This document shows, in pieces, positions 37,990 through 48,048 of a stretch of 64,000 nt of DNA (the stretch's first letter is position 1; every line of letters begins with the position of its first letter). Both the position numbers and the translations under genes were made by a program. The notes under the pieces are model-generated. The model ran no database searches and had not been told where the DNA came from. It saw nothing but the letters and a program-made list of their open reading frames with translations. The DNA is from an uncultured Actinomycetes bacterium (GTDB lineage Bacteria > Actinomycetota > Acidimicrobiia > IMCC26256 > DASPTH01): the NCBI GenBank assembly GCA_963721435.1, contig CAVRJC010000012.1, forward strand, positions 119,154-183,153. The letters are read 5' to 3'.

Positions 37990-40452
37990 ATGGCGGGAGT
38001 GCTGGAAGGCGTCGAGGTCCTGGATCTCACCTGGGGTATCCCGGGCCCGGTCACCGGCATGCTGCTCGCCGACCACGGCGCGCGGGTCACCAAGATCGAG
38101 CCGCCCGGTGGTGACCCGACCCGCAGCTTCTCCGGCGCCCGCGTGTGGCACCGCGGCAAGCGCAGCGCGTTCCTCGACCTCAAGAGCACCGAGGACCGCG
38201 ACCGCCTGCTCGCGCTCGCCCGCACCGCCGACATCATCCTCGAGAGCTACTCCCCCGGCGTCACCACCCGCCTCGGCATCGACTACGACACGCTGCACGC
38301 GATCAACCCCCGTCTCGTCTACACGTCGATCACCGCGTACGGACTCGACAACAAGCACAGCGACCGCCCGGGCTACGAGGCGCTCGTCGCCGCCCGCACC
38401 GGCCAGCAGTGGGAGAGCCGCGGCGTCGAGGGCGGCACCATCGCCCGCCTCTCCGGCATCGAGGGCGCGCTGCCCGGCCTGCCGGTGCCCGACGACTGCT
38501 GGACCGCGGCCAAGCGCCCCGGCCCGCTGTTCGCGGGCACGCCGTGGGCGAGCATGGCCACGGCCTACCTCGCGACGCTTGCGACGAGCGCGGCGCTGCG
38601 CGTGCGCGAGCAGACCGGCCGCGGCCAGCACGTCGAGACCTCGCTGCTCCAAGGTGTGCTCGCGACGACCGTCGGCGGATGGCAGAAGGCCGAGCACGCC
38701 GACGCGCCCAACTTCCAGAGCTGGGTCATCGACCCGCGCGCGCCGAAGGGTGTGTTCAAGTGCAAGGACGGCCGGTGGATCCACCACTGGACGCCACTGC
38801 CCGCGTTCGTGATCGGCGTGTCGGAAGGCGACCACCTCGAGATCACCGACGAGGTCACGTCGCCACGCGACGCGCCGATGCGCATCGGCCTCGCGCCGGA
38901 GGAGATGGTGCTCCTCCACCACTACAACCCGATCATGGCGGAGCGCTTCGCGAAGTTCCCGTCCGACGAGTGGATCGCGATCGCGGCCAAGGTCGGCACG
39001 CCGGTGCAGCCGATCCGCTCACCCGAAGAGGCGCTGCTCGACGAGCTGCTCGTGCAGGACGGCTGCGTCATCGAGGTGGACGACCCCGAGCTCGGCCCGG
39101 TGCGCCAGGTCGGCCGCGTGTTCCAGTTCCACGGCGTCCCCAACGACAAGCCGACGCCGCCGGTCGCACCGGGCGCGAACACCGACGACGTGAAGGCCGA
39201 AGCGGACGCCGCCGCGGATGCGCCCGTCGCGAGCGCGAGCACCACGGCCGCACCGAAGTCGCCACTCGCTGGCATCCGTGTGCTCGACCTCGGGCTCGCG
39301 GTCGCGGGGCCGTGGGGCACGATGATGCTCGGCGACCTCGGAGCCGACGTCATCAAGGTCAACACGATGTACGACGGCTACTGGATGAGCAACCACATCG
39401 GGATGGCCTGCAACCGCGGCAAGCGGAGCATCTCCATCAACCTCAAAGACCCGAACGGCATGGACATCCTCCGCCGTCTGGTCGAGACCGCCGACGTGGT
39501 GCAGCACAACATGCGCTACGACGCGGCCGTCCGCCTCGGTGTCGACTACGAGTCGCTCAAGAAGATCAAGCCCGACCTCATCTACTGCCACACGCGCGGC
39601 TTCGAGAAGAGCGAGCGCGAGCTCCTGCCCGGCAACGACCAGACCGGCGCCGCGCTCGCGGGCCCCGACTGGCTCGACGGCGGGCTCGACCACGACGGCA
39701 CACCGCTGTGGCCCGTGATCTCGCTCGGCGACACCGGCAACGGGTTCCTCTCCGCGATCGCGATCGTGCAGGCGCTGTACCACCGCGACCGCACCGGCGA
39801 GGGCCAGTTCGTCGACACGTCGATCATCTACGCGCAACTCCTCAACGCGTCGATCGGATGGGTCACGCCGGACGGCAAGCACAAGGGCGACCGTCCCGAA
39901 GTCGACCAGATGCAGCTCGGCTGGAACGCGCTGTACCGCCTCTACCAGTGCGCGGACGAGACGTGGTTGTGCGTCACCGCGATCGAGGAGTCGCACTGGC
40001 AGTCGCTGTGCTCGGCGATCGGGCGCGACGACCTCGCGGCCGACGCGCGCTTCGCGACCGCCGACGCCCGCAAAGCCAACGACGACGATCTCGACGCGGC
40101 ACTCGAGGTGGTGTTCGCGGGGAAGACCGCGAGCGAGTGGTTCGGGATCCTCGACCCGGCCGGGGTGCCGGTGGAGGTGTCGACGCCCGACTTCGTGCTC
40201 GACCTCTTCAACGACCCCGAGATCCTGAAGCGTGGGTGGATCGCGGAGTACCAGCACCCCACGGTCGGGAAGATGAACCAGTTCGGGTTGATGTTCGACA
40301 TGTCGGAGACGCCGGGTGTGATCCAGGGCCCGCCGCTCACGCCGGGCATGAACACTCGAGAGATCCTGCGCGAGATCGACTTCGACGCCGACCAGATCGC
40401 CAAGCTCGAAGAAGAGAAGGTCGTGCTCGACACCAGCGAACAGATCGGCTGA
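37990..40452 (+). CDS. Tandem-domain class III CoA-transferase (CaiB/BaiF)
   Basis: Two repeats (LEGVEVLDL...GKRS and LAGIRVLDL...RGKRS); AGGAG RBS. Confidence 0.9.
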   Translation: MAGVLEGVEVLDLTWGIPGPVTGMLLADHGARVTKIEPPGGDPTRSFSGARVWHRGKRSAFLDLKSTEDRDRLLALARTADIILESYSPGVTTRLGIDYDTLHAINPRLVYTSITAYGLDNKHSDRPGYEALVAARTGQQWESRGVEGGTIARLSGIEGALPGLPVPDDCWTAAKRPGPLFAGTPWASMATAYLATLATSAALRVREQTGRGQHVETSLLQGVLATTVGGWQKAEHADAPNFQSWVIDPRAPKGVFKCKDGRWIHHWTPLPAFVIGVSEGDHLEITDEVTSPRDAPMRIGLAPEEMVLLHHYNPIMAERFAKFPSDEWIAIAAKVGTPVQPIRSPEEALLDELLVQDGCVIEVDDPELGPVRQVGRVFQFHGVPNDKPTPPVAPGANTDDVKAEADAAADAPVASASTTAAPKSPLAGIRVLDLGLAVAGPWGTMMLGDLGADVIKVNTMYDGYWMSNHIGMACNRGKRSISINLKDPNGMDILRRLVETADVVQHNMRYDAAVRLGVDYESLKKIKPDLIYCHTRGFEKSERELLPGNDQTGAALAGPDWLDGGLDHDGTPLWPVISLGDTGNGFLSAIAIVQALYHRDRTGEGQFVDTSIIYAQLLNASIGWVTPDGKHKGDRPEVDQMQLGWNALYRLYQCADETWLCVTAIEESHWQSLCSAIGRDDLAADARFATADARKANDDDLDAALEVVFAGKTASEWFGILDPAGVPVEVSTPDFVLDLFNDPEILKRGWIAEYQHPTVGKMNQFGLMFDMSETPGVIQGPPLTPGMNTREILREIDFDADQIAKLEEEKVVLDTSEQIG

Positions 40453-40458
40453 ACCCCC

Positions 40459-40878
40459 ATGCCTGCAGTCCTTCCTCCGGCTCCCGGACCGGCCGACCAG
40501 TGGTTCTGGGACGGCGTGAACAACGGGCAACTGCTCATCCAACGGTGCGCCAACTGCGGCAAGTTGCGGCACCCGCCGGCGCCCATGTGCGGTGACTGCC
40601 ACTCGCTCGAGTGGAACGCCGAACCGGTGAGTGGACGGGGCACCGTCTACACGTGGATCGTGTCGCACCACCCCACGGAGCCCGACGACGACGCGCGCAT
40701 CGTGGCGTTGATCGAGCTCGAGGAAGGTGTGCGCTTCGTGTCGAACCTCACCGGCGTCGATGCCGACTCCGTGGCCAACGACATGGCCGTCGAGCTGTGC
40801 TTCGAGACGTTCCAGAACGGTGACGAGACGTTCGTCTTGCCGCAGTTCCGCCCGGCAGGTGTCGAGGCGAAGGCGTGA
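40459..40878 (+). CDS. DUF35 Zn-ribbon/OB-fold protein
   Basis: QRCANCG...PMCGDC, SGRGTVYTW, ELEEG, PQFRP. Confidence 0.92.
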   Translation: MPAVLPPAPGPADQWFWDGVNNGQLLIQRCANCGKLRHPPAPMCGDCHSLEWNAEPVSGRGTVYTWIVSHHPTEPDDDARIVALIELEEGVRFVSNLTGVDADSVANDMAVELCFETFQNGDETFVLPQFRPAGVEAKA

Positions 40879-42107
40879 AGCCGTACTACTCCGACAAGAC
40901 CGCGGTCGTCGGGATCGGCCAGACGGAGTTCTCCAAGAACTCGGGGCGCACCGAGCTCCAGCTCGCGAGCGAGGCGATCCTCGCCGCGGTCGAAGACGCC
41001 GGGCTCACGACCGACGACGTCGACGGCATGGTCACGTTCGCGGCCGACAGCAACGACGAGCTCGCGCTCATCCGATCGCTCGGCATCCCCGAGCTCAACT
41101 ACACGGGACGGACGCGCGGCGGCGGCGGCGGCTCGGCCGCGACCGTGCAGCTCGCGGCGGCGGCCGTCGCGTCGGGCATGGCGCAGACCGTCGTCGTCTA
41201 CCGCGCGTTCAACGAGCGGTCGGGCCAGCGCTTCGGCCAGCCCATGACCCAGAACGCCGGCATCACGTCGTCGAAGAAGGACGACGGCGACAAGAAGCCT
41301 GCCGCGCCGCCGATCAACCTCATGGCGATGATGCGGGGCCGCATGCCGGGCTTCAACATGTACCACGTGTACGGCCTCGACACGCCGGCCAAGGTGTACT
41401 CGCTCTGGTACCAGCGCTACATGTACGCCTACGGCGTGACCAACGAGGACTTCGGGCGCTACGGCGTGATCGCGCGCAAGCATGCGGCCACCAACCCCGC
41501 GGCGTGGTTCTACGACCGCCCGATCACGATCGAGGACCACCAAGCCTCGCGGTGGATCGTCGAGCCGATCCTGCGCAAGCTCGACTGCTGCCAGGAGAGC
41601 GACGGCGGCGTCGCGCTGGTGATCACGAGCGCGGAGCGTGCGAAGGACCTCCCGCAGCCCCCGGTGCGCATCGTCGCCGCCGCGCAGGCGCACACGCGCA
41701 ACGGCGAGGAGATGTACGACTTCTACAACGGCGACCGCGCCGACTTCCCCGAGTGCCGCGCGCTCGGCCGAGCGTTGTATGACGCGTCAGGGCTCACGCC
41801 CGACGACATCGACGTCGCGATGATCTACGAGAACTTCACCCCGGTCGTGTTCCTCCAACTCGAGGCGCTCGGCTTCTGCGGGCGCGGTGAAGCGCGCGAC
41901 TTCATCAAGGACGGCAACATCGAGATCGGCGGCAAGACGCCGGTGAACACCAACGGCGGATTACTCGGGGAGGGCTACATCCACGGGGTGAACAACATCC
42001 TCGAAGGTGTGCGCCAGATGCGCGGCACCGCGCCCAACCAGGTCGCGAACGCCGAGCACACGCTGGTCTCCGCCGGCCGGAGCGGCATCATCCTGGGGAA
42101 GGACTGA
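40875..42107 (+). CDS. ltp2: Thiolase-fold lipid-transfer protein, Ltp2-like retro-aldolase
   Basis: GIGQTEFSKNSGRTEL, YRAFNERSG, DCCQESDG, GEGYIHG; GTGA-coupled to DUF35. Confidence 0.75.
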   Translation: MKPYYSDKTAVVGIGQTEFSKNSGRTELQLASEAILAAVEDAGLTTDDVDGMVTFAADSNDELALIRSLGIPELNYTGRTRGGGGGSAATVQLAAAAVASGMAQTVVVYRAFNERSGQRFGQPMTQNAGITSSKKDDGDKKPAAPPINLMAMMRGRMPGFNMYHVYGLDTPAKVYSLWYQRYMYAYGVTNEDFGRYGVIARKHAATNPAAWFYDRPITIEDHQASRWIVEPILRKLDCCQESDGGVALVITSAERAKDLPQPPVRIVAAAQAHTRNGEEMYDFYNGDRADFPECRALGRALYDASGLTPDDIDVAMIYENFTPVVFLQLEALGFCGRGEARDFIKDGNIEIGGKTPVNTNGGLLGEGYIHGVNNILEGVRQMRGTAPNQVANAEHTLVSAGRSGIILGKD

Positions 42108-42660
42108 CTTCCCCCACCCGCCCGAGCTCCGGCGCGGCCGCGAGGCGCGCGCCCCACTCCCGCGCCCGCTGCTCCTCGTGATCCGCAAGATGGTCGGCCG
42201 TGGTCACCAGGAAGCTCTCGGGATCGGCGACCAGGGCGCAGCCCGCGTGACGCAGCCGGCGCGCGATCCCCTTGGACGCGCGCCCGGTGAGCACAGGCTT
42301 TGCATCGAGGCGGGTGTCGAACGCGGCCGCGTTCGCCGGGAGCGCGGCGTGCCCGTCGAGCGCGTCGAACCACTCGCGGAGACCGGGTCCTTCGGCGTCG
42401 GGGTCCACCTCCAGAGGGTTCTCGGGCTTGTTCGCCGCCGCGATCGCGGCCTTGCGGGTGGTCGCGCGGCTCATGCCGTGCGCGTGCGTCGGCCCGCCCA
42501 CGACGACGAGATCGGCGTTGCCGAGCAGCCGTGGCGTCGCACCGTCCACGGAGACCACCGACACGCCGGCATCCTCACGCTCGCGCAGCCCGGCGGCGAT
42601 CGCGTCAGCGATCAGATGGGTGTTGCCGTACATCGACTCGTAGACCACGACTGCCTTCAT
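42088..42660 (-). CDS. Flavodoxin family protein
   Basis: VYESMYGNT, VGGPTH, AAFDTR. Confidence 0.88.
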   Translation of the reverse strand: MKAVVVYESMYGNTHLIADAIAAGLREREDAGVSVVSVDGATPRLLGNADLVVVGGPTHAHGMSRATTRKAAIAAANKPENPLEVDPDAEGPGLREWFDALDGHAALPANAAAFDTRLDAKPVLTGRASKGIARRLRHAGCALVADPESFLVTTADHLADHEEQRAREWGARLAAAPELGRVGEVSPSPG

Positions 42661-42774
42661 CGTCGACCTCCTGCTGCAAGACGCTCCTCGGGCCGACCGT
42701 ACGGACCTCCAGCATGCAGGCACAGGGCCGAAGGTCCTCGATGGGCGCTCGATCCCGTGTGCCAGGATCTCGCG

Positions 42775-43161
42775 GTGCCGAGGAAGTCCGTCGCCCCGCT
42801 CGACCAGCTCCGGGGCATCTGCCTCGCATTCCCGGAGACGAACGAGCGCCCGAGCCACAGCTCGCCCACGTTCTTCGTGCGCGACAAGACGACGTTCGTG
42901 ATGACGCACGTCGACGGCCACCACGCCAACCAGTTCCCGCACTTCTGGTGCGCGGCGCCGCCCGGCGTGCAGGAGCTGCTCATCGAGACCGAGCCCGACC
43001 GCTTCTTCCGCCCGCCGTACGTCGGGCACCGGGGATGGATCGGCGTGCGGCTCGACGTCGCCGTCGACTGGGACGAGATCGCGTCGATCTGCGAGGACGC
43101 CTACCGCACGGTCGCGCCGAAGAAGCTGGTCGCTCTGCTCGACGCGACAACGGCACCATGA
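42775..43161 (+). CDS. MmcQ/YjbR family protein
   Basis: ICLAFPE, PTFFVR, FFRPPYVGHRGWIG, AYRTVAPKKL. Confidence 0.88.
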   Translation: MPRKSVAPLDQLRGICLAFPETNERPSHSSPTFFVRDKTTFVMTHVDGHHANQFPHFWCAAPPGVQELLIETEPDRFFRPPYVGHRGWIGVRLDVAVDWDEIASICEDAYRTVAPKKLVALLDATTAP

Positions 43162-43165
43162 CGCG

Positions 43166-44221
43166 GTGCTGATCGCGACACGACTGACGTCACAGCTCCT
43201 CGCGGGACCGCCGGCGCGATCGGTCGATGCAGTCGTCGATCGTCTGCTCGCGATCCAGGCGCAGGACGCACGCGGCTTTCGGCTGAGCGTGCGCGCCCGA
43301 TCGCAGGGCCTCGTCGCCCCGGAGGTCGATCGCGCGCTCACGGACGAGCGATCACTCGTCGTCACGTGGCTCAACCGCGGCACGCTGCACCTCGTACGCG
43401 CCCCTGACTACTGGTGGCTGCAACCGCTCACAACGCCACGGGTCGCCGCAGGGAACCGGCGTCGCCTCGGGCAGGAGGGCGTGAGCGACGCGCAGGCCGC
43501 GCGGGGCGTGGACATCATCGGAGAGGCGGTGACGTCAGATGGCCCGCAGACGCGCGAGCAGCTCCGCGTGCGGCTCGACGCGGCTGGCATCCCGACCGCG
43601 GGGCAGGCGCTCGTCCATCTCCTGTTCGCGGCCACGCTGCGTGGGCTCGTCGTTCGCGGGCCGATGGTCGACGGGCATCACGCCTTCGCCGCGGTCGCGG
43701 ATTGGCTCGGGCCCGCGCCCGCACCGCTCGATCACGACGACGCGCTCGCGCGACTCGCTCGCCGCTACCTCACGGGTCACGGTCCGGCGTCGGCGCGCGA
43801 CCTCGCGAAGTGGGCCGGCATCACGCTCGGCGACGCGCGTCGCGCATTCGCCGTCGTCGCCGCCGAAGTCGAGCCCTTCGACGACGAGAACGTGATCCTC
43901 GCCACGTGCAGGAGGTCTGCACAGTTGCCGTCGCCTCGGTTGCTCGGGCCGTTCGATCCACTGCTGCACGGGTGGGCGTCGCGCGATTCGTTCGTGGGAT
44001 CGCACGGCGGCGTGGTGACGAGCAACGGCATCTTCCGCCCCGTCGCGCTCGTCGACGGTCGCGTCGTCGCCACCTGGGGCATCCCCGACGGCGTCGTGAC
44101 CATCACCCCTCTCGAGCCGATCCCCGCGAAGCCGCGCGCGGCGCTCGCCGCCGACGCCAGCGACGTCCTGCGCTACCTCGCCCGCCCCGACCGCCCCGCC
44201 GTGTTCACGCCCGAAGCATGA
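43166..44221 (+). CDS. AlkZ-like (HTH_42) winged-helix DNA glycosylase family protein
   Basis: AIQAQD (QxQ), RGTLH, RRYL..HGPAS..DLAKWAG, LLGPFD. Confidence 0.85.
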   Translation: MLIATRLTSQLLAGPPARSVDAVVDRLLAIQAQDARGFRLSVRARSQGLVAPEVDRALTDERSLVVTWLNRGTLHLVRAPDYWWLQPLTTPRVAAGNRRRLGQEGVSDAQAARGVDIIGEAVTSDGPQTREQLRVRLDAAGIPTAGQALVHLLFAATLRGLVVRGPMVDGHHAFAAVADWLGPAPAPLDHDDALARLARRYLTGHGPASARDLAKWAGITLGDARRAFAVVAAEVEPFDDENVILATCRRSAQLPSPRLLGPFDPLLHGWASRDSFVGSHGGVVTSNGIFRPVALVDGRVVATWGIPDGVVTITPLEPIPAKPRAALAADASDVLRYLARPDRPAVFTPEA

Positions 44222-44233
44222 GCCCCGCTCGCA

Positions 44234-44593
44234 TCAGACGTGCACGACGAGATCCGGGCCGGAGCCTGCGATCTCGAGCTCGCTGATCATGTCGACGACC
44301 AGCGCGTACTGCTGGCCACCGGTGATGTCGGTGTCGCCGAAGTCGCCGCTGATGATCGGCCGCGGGAAGCTGATCTTCAGCGCGTTGATGTCGGGCAGGT
44401 CGTAGGTCTGGACCACATTCGGGTCGACGCCGTACAGCGCGCCGATGCGCTCGGCGGAGAACACGTCTGCATCCATGAACGCCCGTCGGCTGTCGCCGTC
44501 GACGAAGAAGAAGTCGATCGTGAGCATGAACGGGCCCGCGTCCTTGCTGCGGATCAACGTGAAGTGCCGCCCGACGCTCTCGAGCCCCTTCAC
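44234..44593 (-). CDS. DUF4387 family protein
   Basis: IRSKDAGPFMLTIDFFF, ALKISFPR, DITGGQQ; GTGA overlap with the AtuA-like gene. Confidence 0.8.
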   Translation of the reverse strand: MKGLESVGRHFTLIRSKDAGPFMLTIDFFFVDGDSRRAFMDADVFSAERIGALYGVDPNVVQTYDLPDINALKISFPRPIISGDFGDTDITGGQQYALVVDMISELEIAGSGPDLVVHV

Positions 44594-45975
44594 CGCCGGC
44601 CGACCTCGTGCATCGTCGTGCAGAACACGCGGCGACGTTCGGCTTCGTCGTCGATCACGAGCTGGTGATTGAGCGTGAATCGGAAGATCTCGCCGCGGTC
44701 GACAACGGGAGCGCTGTACGGATGCGCGATCGCCGTCATCGACCCGGCGCGGTACTCGGGCACCCGATGGTGCAACGCGACGTGGTACGCGGCGCGCGCC
44801 ATGCCGGAAGCCTCCTCCTGCGTGTCGCCCACGAGGTCGAACACGACGACGGCCTCTCGGGGCGCGACGTCGGTGACTTCGCCGACGGTGCCGTTGGCGC
44901 CGTAGATCTTGAGGTCGAACCGGTACCGATCGGCCCACGTGGTCTCGAGCCGCCGCCGCACCGCTTCCTCCAACGACTCGCGCCACGCCGGGAGTTGAGC
45001 GAGGATCACGGCGTCGCGCATCGATCCCCAGAAGGTCGACAGGAACCCGACCGGCGCCGCACCCTCGAGCTTGGCGGTGTACACGTCGGCAGCCGCGAAG
45101 GTGCCACCGCGCACCTTGACCCGCCGGTCGTCGAGCGCTTCGTAGGTGGCCGCGCGCGCGTCGAGCGTGCCCGACGGCATCGTCAGTCGGTAGGGGTCTG
45201 CCGTCTCGTACAGCGTGTGCGCGGCGACGCTGCCCGGCGTGCAGCGCGACGGAGGGTCGAGCGGCTCGAGCACGAAGCCGTCGTCCTCGATCGTGCAGAG
45301 CACCGAGTCCTGGCCACGCCGGTTCGTCGCAATCGCCGAACCGCACTCCACGATCTTGGCGGCGTTCCACACCGGGCCGGGATCGAAGCCGCGCGCGAGC
45401 GGCATGGCCGCGAAGATCGCGGCGTCGGCACACCGACCGAGGAGCACGACGTCGGCGCCGCCGTCGAGCGCGTCCTGAATCGGCTCCGCTCCCGCCATCG
45501 CCACGATGTGCCCGGGCGCGCGCAACGTCGCTTCGTCGATCTCGGGCGCGCCCGGCAGCCGACGCAACTTGCCGTCGCGGTACTTCTGCACCAGCAGGTC
45601 GCGGTCGGGCTCGGTCTTCACGCACGCGACGCGAGCGCCGATCCCGGCGTCGGTCACGATGCGATCGACCAGCTCGAGGTAGCCGTCGACCGCGGTGTCG
45701 TTTCCGCCACCACCGCACGACCCGATGATCAGCGGGATGCCGAGCCGGCGCGCCCCGAGGAGCCCGAGCCGGAGGTCACGCTCGTACGCCGCCATCGACC
45801 AGATCCATTCTCCGGATCCGAGGTAGAAGGGGCCGCCGTCGGTCGAGCCGGAGTCGACGCCGATGAACTCGATCGGGCGGGCGAGACCGGCCTCCAGCGA
45901 CTCCTCACGGAAGCCGGTGCCCAGGCTTCCGTTGAGCGCCAGGTAGGTCAACGGTTCCAGCGTGCCCACCCCCAT
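44590..45975 (-). CDS. AtuA-like (DUF1446) protein
   Basis: GSLGTG, DSGSTDGGPFYLG, GRCADAAIFA, KIVECG, AHTLYE. Confidence 0.85.
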   Translation of the reverse strand: MGVGTLEPLTYLALNGSLGTGFREESLEAGLARPIEFIGVDSGSTDGGPFYLGSGEWIWSMAAYERDLRLGLLGARRLGIPLIIGSCGGGGNDTAVDGYLELVDRIVTDAGIGARVACVKTEPDRDLLVQKYRDGKLRRLPGAPEIDEATLRAPGHIVAMAGAEPIQDALDGGADVVLLGRCADAAIFAAMPLARGFDPGPVWNAAKIVECGSAIATNRRGQDSVLCTIEDDGFVLEPLDPPSRCTPGSVAAHTLYETADPYRLTMPSGTLDARAATYEALDDRRVKVRGGTFAAADVYTAKLEGAAPVGFLSTFWGSMRDAVILAQLPAWRESLEEAVRRRLETTWADRYRFDLKIYGANGTVGEVTDVAPREAVVVFDLVGDTQEEASGMARAAYHVALHHRVPEYRAGSMTAIAHPYSAPVVDRGEIFRFTLNHQLVIDDEAERRRVFCTTMHEVGRR

Positions 45976-46081
45976 TGCGTGTCCGGCTCGTCGGTCAGCC
46001 GGGAAACCTAATGTACGGTCGGATTCTCCGAGCGAAGCCGCCCGGTCTTCCGGAAGGCCGACAAGAAGAGGTAGGTACGTC

Positions 46082-46633
46082 ATGGCTGTCGTCGACCAGT
46101 TGCTGTCCGCCCGCCAGGTCGAGGAGCGCATCGCCCGCACCGAAGACCCGCGCCAGCGCGCCATGCTCGGCACCGTCGCCGCGCACCTGCGCGCCGAAGC
46201 CGCGAGCGATCTCGACGGTCTGAAGGCCACGCTCTCCGACTCCCCCGACTACCACCTCTGGGCGGAAGGTCGCGACTACGGGCCCAAGGGCATGGAAGCG
46301 GTGCTCGCCTACTACGGCGAGATGGTCGCGGTGAAGCGCCAGGTCCTCGAGTTCGACATCCAGCGCATCGTCGTCGACCACGACACCGTCGTGACCGAGG
46401 GATGGATCCATGCGATCAACCTCGGGTCGGTGGCGCGTGCGCGCGGCTGGGAGGTCGACGATGACGACGCGTCGTACCTCGTGAGCCAGCGCGTCGTGCT
46501 CTTCTGGCCATTCGACGAAGAGGGGCACATGGTCGGTGAAGACGGCTACGCCAACTTCGACCCCACGCACGTGCGCAAGCTCAGCACCGACGAGCTGCCG
46601 GCTTCGTACACCGACCTGTTCAGCCCCGCCTGA
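46082..46633 (+). CDS. NTF2/SnoaL-like protein
   Basis: HLRAEA..DL, RIVVD..TVVTEG, WPFD..G.MVGED.Y. Confidence 0.75.
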   Translation: MAVVDQLLSARQVEERIARTEDPRQRAMLGTVAAHLRAEAASDLDGLKATLSDSPDYHLWAEGRDYGPKGMEAVLAYYGEMVAVKRQVLEFDIQRIVVDHDTVVTEGWIHAINLGSVARARGWEVDDDDASYLVSQRVVLFWPFDEEGHMVGEDGYANFDPTHVRKLSTDELPASYTDLFSPA

Positions 46634-46661
46634 TCAACTCGCTCTGATCGAACCGGCCCTC

Positions 46662-47538
46662 TCAAATGGGCGGCGAGCCGCGATCGGCGAGCGACGTGCC
46701 TTCGACCATGCCGCCGGACTGGTCCCATTCGTAGAACGCCAGCTCGGGATAGAGATCGAGGTAGCCCTTCGTCCCGAGCGTGACGCGCTGGCAGCACGCG
46801 ATGCTCGATCATCGACGAGTCTCCGCGTGCATGCACGACGCGCGTGTTGTTCCAGAGCACGAAGTCGCCCATGTTCCACCGGTGCTCGAGCACCTGCCCG
46901 GGCCCGTAGAGCGCGGCGAACACCTCCGCGAGCAGCGCTTCGCTCTCGTCGGGGTCGAGGCCGACGATCGAGTCGGTCGTCATCTCGGGCGCGAACAGGT
47001 AGCGACTCCCGCCGGCCTCGTGCTCGGGCGCGAGCGCGTGCGCCGTGCTCGGGAGCGCCGGATCGAGCTCGGCGAGGCGATTGCGCGCGTCGAGGCACAC
47101 ACCGAACACCTGGAGCGCGGATGCGCCCGCGACGCGCGCCCGGAGCTCGGGCGCGAGCGACTCGTACGCGTGCCGTCCACCGGCGAAGCGTGTCGATGTC
47201 TCGCCGTCGACGACGTCGACTGCGTGCAACGAGATCGCCTGCAACGGCTCCGGGCTGTACGCGTAGTCGGAGTGGAAGCAGAGCTCGACGCCGGCGAGCC
47301 CGATCGCGGTGTCCTTCGACATCAACCCGGTGTCGGACATGAGCACCGGGCCGAGGAGCTCGCAGACGCGCATCTGCTCGTCCATCGTGAGCACGGGGCC
47401 GCGCACGAGTACCAGGTCGTGCAGCTCGTAGTGCCGGCGGAGCTCGGCCTGCTCCGCATCGCTCAGCTCGCGCCGCAGGTCCAGTTCGAGCTCGACGCCG
47501 AACGGCTCGAGCGGTGATGACGCGATCGCAGCAGCCAT
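46662..47538 (-). CDS. TauD/TfdA family dioxygenase, frameshifted near 46790
   Basis: FHSD, HRWNMGDFVLWNN..VVHAR; RVLQRVT tail restored by removing one base. Confidence 0.85.
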
Positions 47539-47539
47539 G

Positions 47540-48017
47540 TCAACCCTCCGGCTCGGGATCGGGTGCGGCGGTCGTGGCCTGCACATCGGCGAGACGTTCC
47601 TCGATGAGCCACCGGCCGTCTTCCTTCACCATCGTGTCGTGGTAGTGGCCGAACGCGGCGACGAGCGGACGGCCGTCGTCGTCGTCGCTGGAAGAGCAGC
47701 CAGTACGACTCGACGTGCGCGCGGCCCGCGTCGAGGTCGACGTCGATCACGGGATCGACGACCACGTGCTTCCGGAAGTGCGGCGGCTTCGGGTACGCGG
47801 CGACGTAGGCGGCGAGGTCACCGTGGCCGTCTTCGCGGTGCACACGACGACCACCGACGACTTCGACGACGTCGAAGACCGCGTTCGCCGTGAACGCGTC
47901 GACCCACCCTTGCTCGTCACCGGAGTCCATCGCGTGCGCGTACTCGTGCATCGCCCGGATGATCGCTCGCTCCTCGAGGAGGATACGGACCTCGCGGTCG
48001 ATGTCGACGTCGGCCAT
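47540..48017 (-). CDS. NTF2/SnoaL-like protein, frameshifted near 47690
   Basis: EERAI...YAHAMD, KHVV; G.Y.D.MVKEDGRW in the second frame. Confidence 0.8.
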
Positions 48018-48048
48018 GCGGCGCGAGCGTACCTGCGCGCTCGATCGG

